From: a virus
Lineage: Duplodnaviria > Caudoviricetes
IMG/VR virus record: IMGVR_UViG_3300021387_001666
Location: 32,001 to 96,000 of that record
Strand: one strand, 5' to 3'
Length of the DNA stretch: 64,000 bases
Every line of letters starts with the position of its first letter. The first letter of the stretch is position 1. This document shows, piece by piece, positions 11,101 through 20,110 of the stretch. A model generated the notes under the pieces. It was not told where the DNA came from, did not search any database, and saw only the letters and a program-made list of their open reading frames with translations. The translations under genes and the position numbers were made by a program.

Positions 11101-14100
11101 GGAGAGAATGCCTTCACTGAGGAAGAGATGAACAATATGCTGGCTCAGTATTATGCTGCTAATCCTGGAGTGATACAGAGTGACTATCAAAACCAATTGG
11201 CTCTATATCAGATTAGTCAGAATGCCCAGAAGTTACAGGAGGCATCAGAGGCTTATGATAAGGCAGAAGAGCAGATTACCAAAATAGAAAGGAACCTTGG
11301 TAAGAGACTTGATCCTGCTGTAAGGGCTAAGATGAAGATGAATCAGGCTCTTGATGGCCATTGGAGAGAAAGAGTCAAGACCATGCAAAGTGAAATAGAT
11401 GATGCTTCAGACATTACAGGTGAGGTCAGTGAGGAAAATCTTATTCCTTCCGTTGGTGGCAGGAAGAATGCAGAGGCCCTTGTTACTGTATATGACAAGC
11501 AGATTGCAGAGCTTCAGAAGGAGATAGGAGAACAGCAGAAGCAGACACAGGAACTCAAGAATAAACTGGATGAAGCGAGAAGGAATAGGGAAACTGCTAA
11601 AACCAGTGATGAGGAGTATGCTACCCAGAAGATTTTAGAGGATGCTCAGTCAAAATATGATGATGCTGTGCAGCAGGAGAAGTATCTGTCTGACTTGATG
11701 TCTCTGACTTCAGAAAAGCAAAATAAAACTATACAGGCTCTTAAGAATCAGCAGACAGATGAAAGAGGAAAGTATATAGACAAAGTTCTGACTGCTGATG
11801 AGATATTTACCTTAGATCCTGTGACCAGAGCAAAGATGCTTAATCCTGAGAATAGAAATCTCTATAGTGATGCCCAGCAGAGGGAAATCTCCAAGTTGGA
11901 GCAGAGGCTACTGATGAGGGATGGTGATGCCTTGAGCAAAGTGCAGGATATTGCAAAACTGGCTCAGAGAATTGCCACTAATGAAGATGCCTATAGCAGA
12001 CTGGCACAAAACCCAGATGCTGCTGCTGTAGCCTTGGAGAGTCAGAGAGCACAAGCTGCTGATACTGCCTATAAACTGATGAATCAGAGAAATGCTGAGA
12101 CTATAGCAGATTTTGTGAATCAGTTTGAGGAAGGTATGAAAGGACATAATGAAGTTTCTCAGGATACTAAGAATGAATTTGTATTCAGGACACTTAGGAA
12201 GTTCAGTCCTACCTTGTTAGATATTGTAGAGGAAGATAACATGTTGCCTTGGTACCAGCAACAGGTACAGGATGCAAAAGAATGGGGCAAGGCTGTAGCA
12301 GACATTGATGCAGTAATAAACAATACTGAAGAAAGTATAGCATGGAAGAATAATGTCAGTCAGGCTATTGCTGGTGTGGTGGAGAATGCTATCAACAGAG
12401 ATGGTATTTTGACAAATTTGGAGAAAGCCATTGATGATGTGCAGAACCCTCAAGTAGCTCAGGATTTTGAGAAAGTGCTAAGTGGCCTGGAACAGTTGGG
12501 CTATCAGAGAGATGCTACTATCATTGAGAATAGGAAGCAGAGGAAACAGCGTGAGGAAGCAGAGGCTCAGAGGAAGAAAGATGCAGAGGAAGATGCTAAA
12601 ATAGCTGCTGCTGAAGCACAGGCTGCTGCACAAGAGGCTGCTAATGCTCAACAGGCACAGGTAGTAAATGCTGACGGCAGTAATCTTCAGAGTCCTTGGG
12701 AAGTTGCTCCTATAGACCAAAGTGAGGGTACTGCCGAACAAAGGGGAGAGTTGTCTGAGACTATTGATTTATCAGAAGAAACCCCTTCTCATAATGAGCT
12801 GGAAATAGAAGTTCCAACATTAGAAGGAGGTACTAGAAAGATTAATGCAGAAAAAATTAATTACTCGGATTTAAAGAAGGGAGATGCTGTATGGTATAGC
12901 GGTCCTGAGACACCTGCTCCCATTAATAGGGCAATAGTTGATGCAGTCGATAACAAAGATGTGTATTCATCAGAGGGCCTAATTCCTAAAAATAGAATCT
13001 ATTATAGGGAAGGTAATTCTCAAGTCAAAAGTAATAAAGAGGTAACTCCTGTCGTTACTAATAGTGTGGAAGAACAATTGGTTATTGACAATGGAGACAG
13101 TGTACAAGGCAAATCTGCTACTATTGATGAACAAATGAGTGAGACTGGTGATGGTAAGGAAGTACATAGCTCCGATGTAAACATAGACTATGCTGCTCAG
13201 AATGGTACTGGTGAACATGTAATTGAGACCAGTGCTACCTCATTGAGTGGCAATGCTATGTCTGAATGGAAACCAGGACCTCTTAAGAGTGATGGTAAAT
13301 TAGAGCATAAGCATGGTGAAAGACCAGATGATTCCATGAGTAAATATTATGCTTGGATTGAGACTGCTGGTATTAAGCTTCAGAATATCATTGATCAAGA
13401 ATTAGGCCAGATACTCAGACAGAATTCTCATGCCAAGGTAAAGTTTATGGTGGTAAGACCTGAGAGCAATGCCACTAATGATGGGGATATGAAAACCCAT
13501 TTAATGTTGGTATTGGACTATGACAACAAGATAAACAAAGGTATTACCCATATCCATAATGAAGGGAATGGTGGGGTTATTGAGAGTCAGGGTAAGCAGT
13601 ATCTGGTAATTGGTACTGCTGGTTATGGGAGCAGGAATGCTGATAAACAGGTTCTGTATGATACACTATTTAGTAATAATCCAAAGAGTCCTAATGGCTA
13701 TGGACTAGTGAAAAGAGGACTTGGAGAGTTCTGGAAAAATAATCCTTCAGAGAGATTTTATGTACATCCTATCTTGGAAACTGAGGTTGTACCTATGTCA
13801 TTGATTCCTGGTTACATAGTGAAACAACTGGAAAGTGACAGTAATCCTGAGTTTAGAAGTGTTAGGGAGTTATTGGCTGACCCTATAAGAAATCCCCTTG
13901 GATTGGAAATGAATGATCTTGGCTTTGGTATTCAGGAATTGACTAAGTTCATGGTGGTTGGTGCAAGTCTTGATAGGGTAATGGTTCCAAGGAATGTGGA
14001 TAGGAATGCTGGTAGTGCCTTTGTATTAATTCCTGCTAGTAATGGTAAAATGGTTCCAAGTTACTTGAAGCCTTTGTTCTACAATGAGATGAATGATGGG

Positions 14101-15351
14101 GCTTTGAAGAACAGGGTGATTGATTTGCTAAATGAAGTTACTGCTCCTGATTATGTTGCAAGACTTCAGGCTGTAGAGAATTTGAGTAGGATATTTCATT
14201 TTGACAAAGAAGGTAATACTATTCTTTTAATGAAGAGCAAGCCTGTATTGTCATTAGTCAGGGATGGTAAGCCTTTCAAGACCTTTACATTGGACAGTAA
14301 CTTTGACAGGCAGGTATTTATAGAGGCATTTAGTGAAATGAATCCAAGAGTAAATATCACTAAGTCTGTACTTCAGAGTAATGTATTGTTACAGCAGTAT
14401 GATGAAGCAGGAGCCTTGCAGACAGATATTGCTCAACTTGCTACTGCTGGCAGTTCCTATAGTATCTATGGATTGGATGCTCAGGGTAAGATGCTTCAGC
14501 CTGAGACTGTGAATAATGATATTCCAAGGACAGGCAGGAATTCTGACTTTAGGAATGGTGACAGGACTCAGGTGGTATTTAAGCATCAGTACTATAACTA
14601 TGATGTTAATGGGGGAAGATATTATTTGAATGGTATTTCTGTGATGGATGAAATTCTGGTAAGACACTTGGATTATAATAGAAGGATTATTGAAACTGGT
14701 CTGTCTCCTATAGAAAGTAATGGTGTGTGGAGTACTTATATTTTAGGTAACAAAGAGCATCCTGAGGCTGTAAGGGTGCATAGGAATACTAAGGAGGTTC
14801 AGGAGATTCCTGATGCAGAAGCTATACAGATTATAGAGCGTGTGGAGAAGGAACAGCAAGACAAGGAGAGAGCAGAAGCTGCAAGAAAGGCTATGGAGCC
14901 TAAGAAAGCAGAAGATGTTGAACTTGGTATGGAAGAACCAGGTTTAGTGGTGGATGATGAGACTGGAGAATTGGTTACTCCTGATGAACTCAGGCAAAGA
15001 CAGACTGAAAGGAATGCCCAGCTTGAGGAAAAAGAGAAGAAAGAGGGAGAGGGAGAAACCTCTGCTGAACAACTAAGTAATCAGTCTGACAAACTTCACA
15101 GGAGTGGAGCAGAACTTAGTAATGCTGTATCTGCTGCTACTCAGAACTTTACTGATTTGACTAAGAGTAAAGTATTCAAGCCATTTATGAAAAGGTTCAG
15201 GAGTATTATTCAACAGAAGTGGCCAGATGCTCCAAGTAAGGTAGTAGAATTGGAGAGATTCCTAAGAGACAAGAATATTGAGGTAGATGTCATTGGTACA
15301 TCAGAAACAGATATTCAAGTCTGGCTTGATACTATAAAGAATTGTAGGTAA
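8200..15351 (+). CDS. Giant virion protein, probably ejected and RNAP-associated
   Basis: 2383 aa with Gly/Ala-rich hydrophobic segments (aa ~450-810) and long coiled coils. Size and context match crAss-like giant internal proteins. Confidence 0.6.
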   Translation: MPIITPQGLKGLQGIGSLSKADYDAFVKKNDALISRHAYDPSYISNLYSNKQFIDRYGVEQFKAIPDFDMRNSLLREDVVNEEWDNMYGDMDDQWKQKYGMMSTDAKQKLLESDWLTPTEFDSEWKQKSDALRGITRDKNGGVSIDPLKNIGGLSQAMAVSEETGEAALQRARERNNRTLDHIYNDDVDNYAKALGNEVNTVYSQSDITGMSDEQVKQAFVQAITPGSYEGNMGVPEYASHYGNGSDEEITSEMEDFSVDDMRQVLAKKRAYEQYMSPDMAATALNNDAKRYIKEHQGSFKRFGLFAKDVGIASLSYTADKINGIYNLGLMAADAIGDKPVVWVDDTGNVVDANTIVTEQNGRFVYGQGTDGKLHPVHQMEIDRTTLHNMGKNTDGSNDESILNPLYWTRAEQFGTLDEDLQRKYEKLGSSPYKVVYDPNEDSDLMYESFKMMSFGLADGAAQLMPFGVGMLGKTLSTASKVGKIGRGLGQALNWTGRHLTAQTKTGQLIQGLAGAEGIAYAYERGAFQETLAQNLANAEEAALNRSKQEIYDQYQNDEQYKAQMDALIDAKAASMKAEYIAALGEGGQQRIVDNAKLDEMLRARAQQTVMGEAVQRRLDEIKGSDEYVALQEEAINSAGDAATATFLPEAIKYGLVNTVGFRKWMYSNPTGLRNKVAAGLQGLREITTPAGRQRLVTEGSKFLTRGQKWKQFGKTASSQIWGGAWTNGTDDMMVDAAERINEDSFARYLHAFENGEAMADTYGFADGLYSYWKGLNNSLGQETTWNAATVGGLGSVLSFTPNMANIAHLATKEGREAYRNNFKREALRNEDGTVKRDEQGNIQYKEVGLGENWRDRANYFIQNGVLNTYYGAKQNERDLQQHADYVNNLLDDYDDFKVIEELINSDIALDNAETVGDQKTMRFVKAINAANALNRLAQNENDPTTLSSVVQNAKSFIQRAAQMQMEGENAFTEEEMNNMLAQYYAANPGVIQSDYQNQLALYQISQNAQKLQEASEAYDKAEEQITKIERNLGKRLDPAVRAKMKMNQALDGHWRERVKTMQSEIDDASDITGEVSEENLIPSVGGRKNAEALVTVYDKQIAELQKEIGEQQKQTQELKNKLDEARRNRETAKTSDEEYATQKILEDAQSKYDDAVQQEKYLSDLMSLTSEKQNKTIQALKNQQTDERGKYIDKVLTADEIFTLDPVTRAKMLNPENRNLYSDAQQREISKLEQRLLMRDGDALSKVQDIAKLAQRIATNEDAYSRLAQNPDAAAVALESQRAQAADTAYKLMNQRNAETIADFVNQFEEGMKGHNEVSQDTKNEFVFRTLRKFSPTLLDIVEEDNMLPWYQQQVQDAKEWGKAVADIDAVINNTEESIAWKNNVSQAIAGVVENAINRDGILTNLEKAIDDVQNPQVAQDFEKVLSGLEQLGYQRDATIIENRKQRKQREEAEAQRKKDAEEDAKIAAAEAQAAAQEAANAQQAQVVNADGSNLQSPWEVAPIDQSEGTAEQRGELSETIDLSEETPSHNELEIEVPTLEGGTRKINAEKINYSDLKKGDAVWYSGPETPAPINRAIVDAVDNKDVYSSEGLIPKNRIYYREGNSQVKSNKEVTPVVTNSVEEQLVIDNGDSVQGKSATIDEQMSETGDGKEVHSSDVNIDYAAQNGTGEHVIETSATSLSGNAMSEWKPGPLKSDGKLEHKHGERPDDSMSKYYAWIETAGIKLQNIIDQELGQILRQNSHAKVKFMVVRPESNATNDGDMKTHLMLVLDYDNKINKGITHIHNEGNGGVIESQGKQYLVIGTAGYGSRNADKQVLYDTLFSNNPKSPNGYGLVKRGLGEFWKNNPSERFYVHPILETEVVPMSLIPGYIVKQLESDSNPEFRSVRELLADPIRNPLGLEMNDLGFGIQELTKFMVVGASLDRVMVPRNVDRNAGSAFVLIPASNGKMVPSYLKPLFYNEMNDGALKNRVIDLLNEVTAPDYVARLQAVENLSRIFHFDKEGNTILLMKSKPVLSLVRDGKPFKTFTLDSNFDRQVFIEAFSEMNPRVNITKSVLQSNVLLQQYDEAGALQTDIAQLATAGSSYSIYGLDAQGKMLQPETVNNDIPRTGRNSDFRNGDRTQVVFKHQYYNYDVNGGRYYLNGISVMDEILVRHLDYNRRIIETGLSPIESNGVWSTYILGNKEHPEAVRVHRNTKEVQEIPDAEAIQIIERVEKEQQDKERAEAARKAMEPKKAEDVELGMEEPGLVVDDETGELVTPDELRQRQTERNAQLEEKEKKEGEGETSAEQLSNQSDKLHRSGAELSNAVSAATQNFTDLTKSKVFKPFMKRFRSIIQQKWPDAPSKVVELERFLRDKNIEVDVIGTSETDIQVWLDTIKNCR

Positions 15352-15354
15352 AGA

Positions 15355-15385
15355 AAAGAGGAAGTCATTTGGCTTCCTCTTTTTT
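15355..15385. terminator. Bidirectional terminator between convergent genes
   Basis: AAAAGAGGAAGTC..GGCTTCCTCTTTTTT. Confidence 0.8.
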
Positions 15386-15399
15386 ATTTTTATAGGATT

Positions 15400-15612
15400 T
15401 TACTTATTCTTAGTAATACTATCTGCTTGTTCCCAAGTTAAATCTCCTTGAACCCCCTTCATCATTTCCTCCTGGGATAGATTAAATTCCTCCATAAATA
15501 CAGTATCAACAGGGACATCTTCTACTGTTTCACTCATGTTGTCTTCTGTAATATAATAAGATAGGATGGTGATTATCAAAACTCCTATTATTACAAAACT
15601 TTTCTTTTTCAT
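15400..15612 (-). CDS. Small membrane-anchored acidic protein (70 aa)
   Basis: The likely start is ATG 15612 (MKKKSFVIIGVLIITILSYY), 7 nt after the upstream stop. N-terminal hydrophobic anchor. Confidence 0.6.
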   Translation of the reverse strand: MKKKSFVIIGVLIITILSYYITEDNMSETVEDVPVDTVFMEEFNLSQEEMMKGVQGDLTWEQADSITKNK

Positions 15613-15619
15613 ATAATTA

Positions 15620-17911
15620 TTATTTTGGTCCTTTACCATTCTTATACCAATATTTTCCTGATGTTTCCCACCAGTCCTTAACAGCAGGGATTTGCCATGC
15701 TGTTTTACCAGCAGAATTAACATCTTTAGTATGCTTGGAATTTCCAGTATTATAATCTCCTTGGGCATAATACCTGAAAGCATCTAGTAAAGGAGGGGTA
15801 TTTCTATCTACATTGGCATTATTATATTGAAAGTTTCTCACTAAGTTTTCAGCAGGAATATAACCAAAAGCTGTAAAATAATTAGTATTACCTAATGCTC
15901 TATTATATATAGCATTTCCATCCTTATAGTTAAAATAAGGCATAGCCCCATTATGTGTTTCCTGAGTAGATAGTCCAAGCATCTCATTCATATTAATTTG
16001 TCTGGGAGCACCATATCTACTTCTTTTCTTGCGAGGATGTTCAGACAGTTGAGGGTTTCTATTATAAATACCTGCATATTTAGCCAGACTATCCAAGACA
16101 TTGGTTGAAGTAGTACTACCATTAATAAGAATAGATTTCTCAGGGATAAAAGGAATATCAAAGACAGGATTAGATGCTCCATTCTGAGCAGCATTATCTA
16201 CTATCTTTAGTTTCATCTGCCTTTCCAACCTCTCACTATCATTCTTTGTCTTTGAGGTATTTGGTCTTTGCCTCTTTGGAACCAGTTTCAATTCTTGTTT
16301 GTTTGGATAAACAGCTTTAATTACTTCAGCAGGCTTTCCTCTGTAAGTATATTGTTTTGATTTTTTCTCTGGTTCAGAAGAGAATAAACCTTTTAGCCAT
16401 TCTAAGAAACCACCATCTTCATATGTATTAGTCATAGCCATATCTACCATTGGCTCTTGAAGGGATCCTCCAAGTCCATGCTTCCAGTGTCTGCTATTCA
16501 GTGCAAAGGTAGCCATCTTCTTTTGAGCAGGAGTACCATGCTCCTTAAACCATGTGGCAGAATGACCTGTCCTCTCCTTCAGAGCGGTAAACTTTCCTCT
16601 ATTCTCTGGCTTGATATGGATTTTACCTCCTGAATCATACAGACTCATCATTTGGGCCACCTCTTTATAGTGCTCTCCAAAATACTTTGCATCATCCTCA
16701 TTATCAAATTTTATGGATTGCATATAGCTTCTCTGATCATTCTCAGGAGACCACACATTGTCTATAAATGCAAGGCCTCTGCCAGTATCTTGTATTTGAG
16801 GAGTTACCAGATTTTCATAAGACCCCACATATACATTGCCTCTTTTAGGTTCTCCAATACCTTTGTCATATTCATATTCCCCAGGCCATGTATAGCTTCT
16901 GGTGTCATAGTTAGTCATCCTCCTGGCAGTAGGATTGCCAAAATTGGCACTAATAGCCAGCTTTGACTTCATCATTCCAGTCATTGCAGGATTGGTATCT
17001 CCACCCTCAGCAAACTCATTATATTTGTCTTTGATTTCTTGAAGATTGGTAATACCGTTACTAACAGCTACCTTTATCATAGCAGCTTTCTCATTCATGG
17101 AAAGATTCTCCCATGCGTTTTTAGGTTGATACAAATAACCTCCTTCAGACATCTGTTTGATTGGTATATTGACTATAGGTTTACTAATTTTGAGTGCATC
17201 AGGTTGTTCAGTATGAGATGGGGCACTAACATTAAAGTTAGGTTTATAATCATCAGAATTTAGATTATATTTAGAGAAATATTGTTGCTTCCATTCCATT
17301 CGTTTCTGTGGAGAACCGATATATCTGAATGCAGTAGGAGTCCCAAGAGCATCTGATAAACTACTTAGTCTCTCATTTTTCTTCATTGTTGGGATAGTAT
17401 CTCCTTTATAAACTATATATGGAACACTATTTCCATTACTGTAGCTAAAAGTAGGCTCCCCTTTAAATGTTCTACCTGTCATAAGTACACTATGATGAGG
17501 TCCAAGTCTTTCGTCAGAAAATTGAACTAAATCTCCTTCTGCAACACTGTCTATTGGGATTACCTCAAATCCAAATTTATCAGGATTTCTTCTAAATGTT
17601 TTATTTCCTGAGACTTTAGCTCCCCTATCATTAAATTGACTAGTAGCAGTATATATACATGTTTCAGGATCAGCTGTTCCAAAGTATTTAATCCTTTCCT
17701 CATCTGACATTCCTATAATGGCAGCAGCAATGCTCCAAGGTGCTCTGCTTGGTATTATGGGGACATTAGGTGCAGTTTGTTGTAAAATATGAGAAGCTGC
17801 TGTACTTCTACTTTTAATAGCTTGCTCCTCTATATAACTTTCTAAAGATGGTATTGTGTAATTACCTTTAGGGGTTACTATTATCTCTCTTGTCAGGTAT
17901 TTCTTTGGCAT
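15620..17911 (-). CDS. Modular putative virion cargo protein with NlpC/P60-CHAP-like and lysozyme-like domains
   Basis: N-terminal ETCIYTAT..GDLVQF..PHHSVL gives a Cys/His dyad. The centre has an IHIKPENRGKFT module. The C-terminus has LSTQET..YNTGN. Modules are separated by xxGG motifs. Confidence 0.5.
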   Translation of the reverse strand: MPKKYLTREIIVTPKGNYTIPSLESYIEEQAIKSRSTAASHILQQTAPNVPIIPSRAPWSIAAAIIGMSDEERIKYFGTADPETCIYTATSQFNDRGAKVSGNKTFRRNPDKFGFEVIPIDSVAEGDLVQFSDERLGPHHSVLMTGRTFKGEPTFSYSNGNSVPYIVYKGDTIPTMKKNERLSSLSDALGTPTAFRYIGSPQKRMEWKQQYFSKYNLNSDDYKPNFNVSAPSHTEQPDALKISKPIVNIPIKQMSEGGYLYQPKNAWENLSMNEKAAMIKVAVSNGITNLQEIKDKYNEFAEGGDTNPAMTGMMKSKLAISANFGNPTARRMTNYDTRSYTWPGEYEYDKGIGEPKRGNVYVGSYENLVTPQIQDTGRGLAFIDNVWSPENDQRSYMQSIKFDNEDDAKYFGEHYKEVAQMMSLYDSGGKIHIKPENRGKFTALKERTGHSATWFKEHGTPAQKKMATFALNSRHWKHGLGGSLQEPMVDMAMTNTYEDGGFLEWLKGLFSSEPEKKSKQYTYRGKPAEVIKAVYPNKQELKLVPKRQRPNTSKTKNDSERLERQMKLKIVDNAAQNGASNPVFDIPFIPEKSILINGSTTSTNVLDSLAKYAGIYNRNPQLSEHPRKKRSRYGAPRQINMNEMLGLSTQETHNGAMPYFNYKDGNAIYNRALGNTNYFTAFGYIPAENLVRNFQYNNANVDRNTPPLLDAFRYYAQGDYNTGNSKHTKDVNSAGKTAWQIPAVKDWWETSGKYWYKNGKGPK

Positions 17912-17913
17912 AT

Positions 17914-18168
17914 TTATCTAATTAACGGTTCTATTATGCTACAGTAAACACAGGGAGTATAGATAAGCCTGTCTCTTTCAGACGCTATACAGCTATCTTT
18001 CTGTTCTGAAGTCCAGCCATTGTTTTCTGCTTTTCTTTCAGCTAAATCAACAGCAATAAGTAATTGGGTTTTATTTTTGGCCTTTTGCTGTTCTGTACAA
18101 GAATGGTTTTCTACAACTGCTAATCCAAGCAGTAGTACTCCTATTATTATATATAGTATTTTTTTCAT
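17914..18168 (-). CDS. Small exported or membrane-anchored protein (84 aa)
   Basis: MKKILYIIIGVLLLGLAVV signal/anchor; lies directly after a canonical promoter. Confidence 0.6.
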   Translation of the reverse strand: MKKILYIIIGVLLLGLAVVENHSCTEQQKAKNKTQLLIAVDLAERKAENNGWTSEQKDSCIASERDRLIYTPCVYCSIIEPLIR

Positions 18169-18186
18169 ACTTAATTATATTTGCTG

Positions 18187-18217
18187 CAAATTTAAGAATT
18201 ATTTCTATATTGACAAA
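18187..18217 (-). promoter_or_regulatory. Canonical Bacteroidota promoter (-33 TTTG, 19-nt spacer, -7 TAAATTTG)
   Basis: CAAATTTA at 18187-18194 and CAAA at 18214-18217 on the + strand. Confidence 0.75.
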
Positions 18218-18272
18218 GGATATAAGAAGTTTTCTTATCTAACAGACTTTTTATTATCAAAAAGACACAATT

Positions 18273-18738
18273 AGTCCCTTATGGACTTTCTTGGCTCATC
18301 ATCTTGAAACTTCCACTGCGCGGTCAGTTCAGCTAACTCGTAGCATAATTTAACTGTAATCTCCCTATTACCCCATTTACCCTCTACCTCTTTTCCATCA
18401 TAGCTTGGCGGGGAACAGCTTTATATTCAAGAAATTTGTGGCCTATCGGAGTTTGAGCTATCCTGTTATCTCGGAGATTATGTTTCCTCTTCTGAGGTAT
18501 CTCCTACAATCCGACTTCTGACCCTTACCATCTGCTTCCTGTTTCTCAATGGCGTAGGGTGTACATGAGACTATGACTCTCAAGGGCCTAAATATCTGGT
18601 AATAAAAACCAGAGAAAGAAAAATTGCAACCCTATAGTGACTCACAGGTTGCAATTATCTCCATCTCTGGTATATATTTGAGGAGCTCCCTCCGTCAAAT
18701 CCAACTATGTCCTTGCAATCAGAGTCACTTGATTACTG
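18273..18738 (-). ncRNA. Candidate structured non-coding RNA or origin-associated transcript
   Basis: No credible ORF, own canonical promoter, several hairpins with G-U pairs on the - strand, and two loops with 8-nt perfect complementarity. Confidence 0.55.
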
Positions 18739-18741
18739 ATG

Positions 18742-18772
18742 CAAAGATACACATATTTTTATAATAACCAAA
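18742..18772 (-). promoter_or_regulatory. Canonical Bacteroidota promoter firing into the non-coding region
   Basis: -7 TATCTTTG (CAAAGATA 18742-18749), 19-nt spacer, -33 TTTG (CAAA 18769-18772). Confidence 0.75.
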
Positions 18773-18895
18773 ATTTTAGCAGTTAATATTTATTAAATAG
18801 GTACGGGTACATTATTATATGTATTTCAGTTAACTCTTCTATACAGAATAGATAAGGATTGTCCTAAGCTATAGGGTAAGAAGCTGTATTATATT

Positions 18896-18903
18896 TATCT
18901 TTG
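18896..18903 (+). promoter_or_regulatory. -7 promoter element for the lysis genes
   Basis: TATCTTTG upstream of ATG 18949. Confidence 0.7.
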
Positions 18904-18948
18904 CATCAAAGAAAATATATATGTTTAGAATTAATAAAAAGATATAAT

Positions 18949-19281
18949 ATGGCATCAGAAGTTGTAATTACACTGGTAGGATTATTCTGTACGACAGTAT
19001 CCAGTATAGTCACATTTATCCTCACAAGGAGGAAGTATAATACTGAGGTAGATTCTCAGCAGATAAAGAACATGGATGAATCTTTCGAGATTTACAAGAA
19101 GGTGATGAATGAGTCCTTGAATGCTCAGAATGAAAAGATTGCACTTCTTCAGAGAGAGAATGACAATCTTAGACAGCAGGTTAATAGCTTACAAGAACAG
19201 GTTATTAGTCTTGTAGGTATGCTTGGTGGTTCTTCTAAAGCAGTAAAAGGTCCAGAACCTATTGGTATGAAAGACATGTAA
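18949..19281 (+). CDS. Holin-like protein: N-terminal TM helix plus coiled coil
   Basis: MASEVVITLVGLFCTTVSSIVTFILTRRK followed by heptads; immediately upstream of the amidase. Confidence 0.5.
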   Translation: MASEVVITLVGLFCTTVSSIVTFILTRRKYNTEVDSQQIKNMDESFEIYKKVMNESLNAQNEKIALLQRENDNLRQQVNSLQEQVISLVGMLGGSSKAVKGPEPIGMKDM

Positions 19282-19282
19282 T

Positions 19283-19930
19283 ATGAATAAACAGCAAGCT
19301 ATTATCATATTAGGTACAGCCCATAGGATGAGAGAGCCTGGAAAGGAATCTCCTGACAAGAGACTGAAGGAATGTATATATTCCAGAGAGCTGTGTAAAG
19401 AGATAGCTGATAAGCTAAGAGCATACGGCTGTAAGGTAGAGATAGACTATGAACCTCTTGACTTACCAAGAAGTATGCAGTCTCCCAACTATAAGCAGGA
19501 GCTGAATAATGAGCTGGCTATGAGGGTTAACTATGTCAATGAAATATGCAGACAGAAAGGTGCTAAGAATGTATTGTATGTTTCTATTCATGTAGATGCT
19601 TCAGGCAGTGATGGTCAGTGGCATAATCCTAATGGTTGGAGTGTAAGAGTCAGTCTTAATGCCTCAGAGAACAGCAAAAAGCTGGCAGGATGTCTGTTTG
19701 ACACAGCTAAGCAGAAAGGTCTTAAAGTAAGACAGCCTTCTATGTCTCAGAAATACTGGCCTCAGAATCTATTTGTATTGAGGAACACAGAATGTCCCGC
19801 AGTGTTGACAGAAAATTTATTTCAGGATAACAAAGCTGATGTAGATTACCTGCTGTCAGATGTTGGCAGGCATGTAATAGCAAGACTTCATGTAGAGGGA
19901 ATATTGAAATATGTTAGTGATGCGAATTAA
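19283..19930 (+). CDS. N-acetylmuramoyl-L-alanine amidase endolysin (Amidase_3)
   Basis: LGTAH..E, SIHVDA and PAVLTENLF zinc/catalytic motifs. Confidence 0.85.
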   Translation: MNKQQAIIILGTAHRMREPGKESPDKRLKECIYSRELCKEIADKLRAYGCKVEIDYEPLDLPRSMQSPNYKQELNNELAMRVNYVNEICRQKGAKNVLYVSIHVDASGSDGQWHNPNGWSVRVSLNASENSKKLAGCLFDTAKQKGLKVRQPSMSQKYWPQNLFVLRNTECPAVLTENLFQDNKADVDYLLSDVGRHVIARLHVEGILKYVSDAN

Positions 19931-19982
19931 TGATTGTGGGAATTTCTTTTCATTTGAAGTTGAATTAGTTAAATGGTTGAGG

Positions 19983-20011
19983 AGAGGGAGGCTGTGAAGT
20001 TTCCCTCTTTT
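19983..20011 (+). terminator. Intrinsic terminator
   Basis: AGAGGGAGGC-TGTGAA-GTTTCCCTCT followed by a T-run. Confidence 0.7.
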
Positions 20012-20075
20012 ATTTACTGTGTTAAGACAGATTAAGCATTATCTTTAGGTCTTAGGCTATCCCTTAAATCCTTTA

Positions 20076-20083
20076 TATCTTTG
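20076..20083 (+). promoter_or_regulatory. -7 promoter element for the portal gene
   Basis: TATCTTTG overlaps the TTG start called by the ORF track, so the real start is probably ATG 20111. Confidence 0.7.
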
Positions 20084-20110
20084 CCTACAAAAAGAGTAAA
20101 GATTGTTTTT

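Noticed and set aside
19927-19980. Tiny antisense ORF MKRNSHNH facing the endolysin stop
   Set aside because: Only 8 codons and no -7 element found upstream, so I cannot support it.
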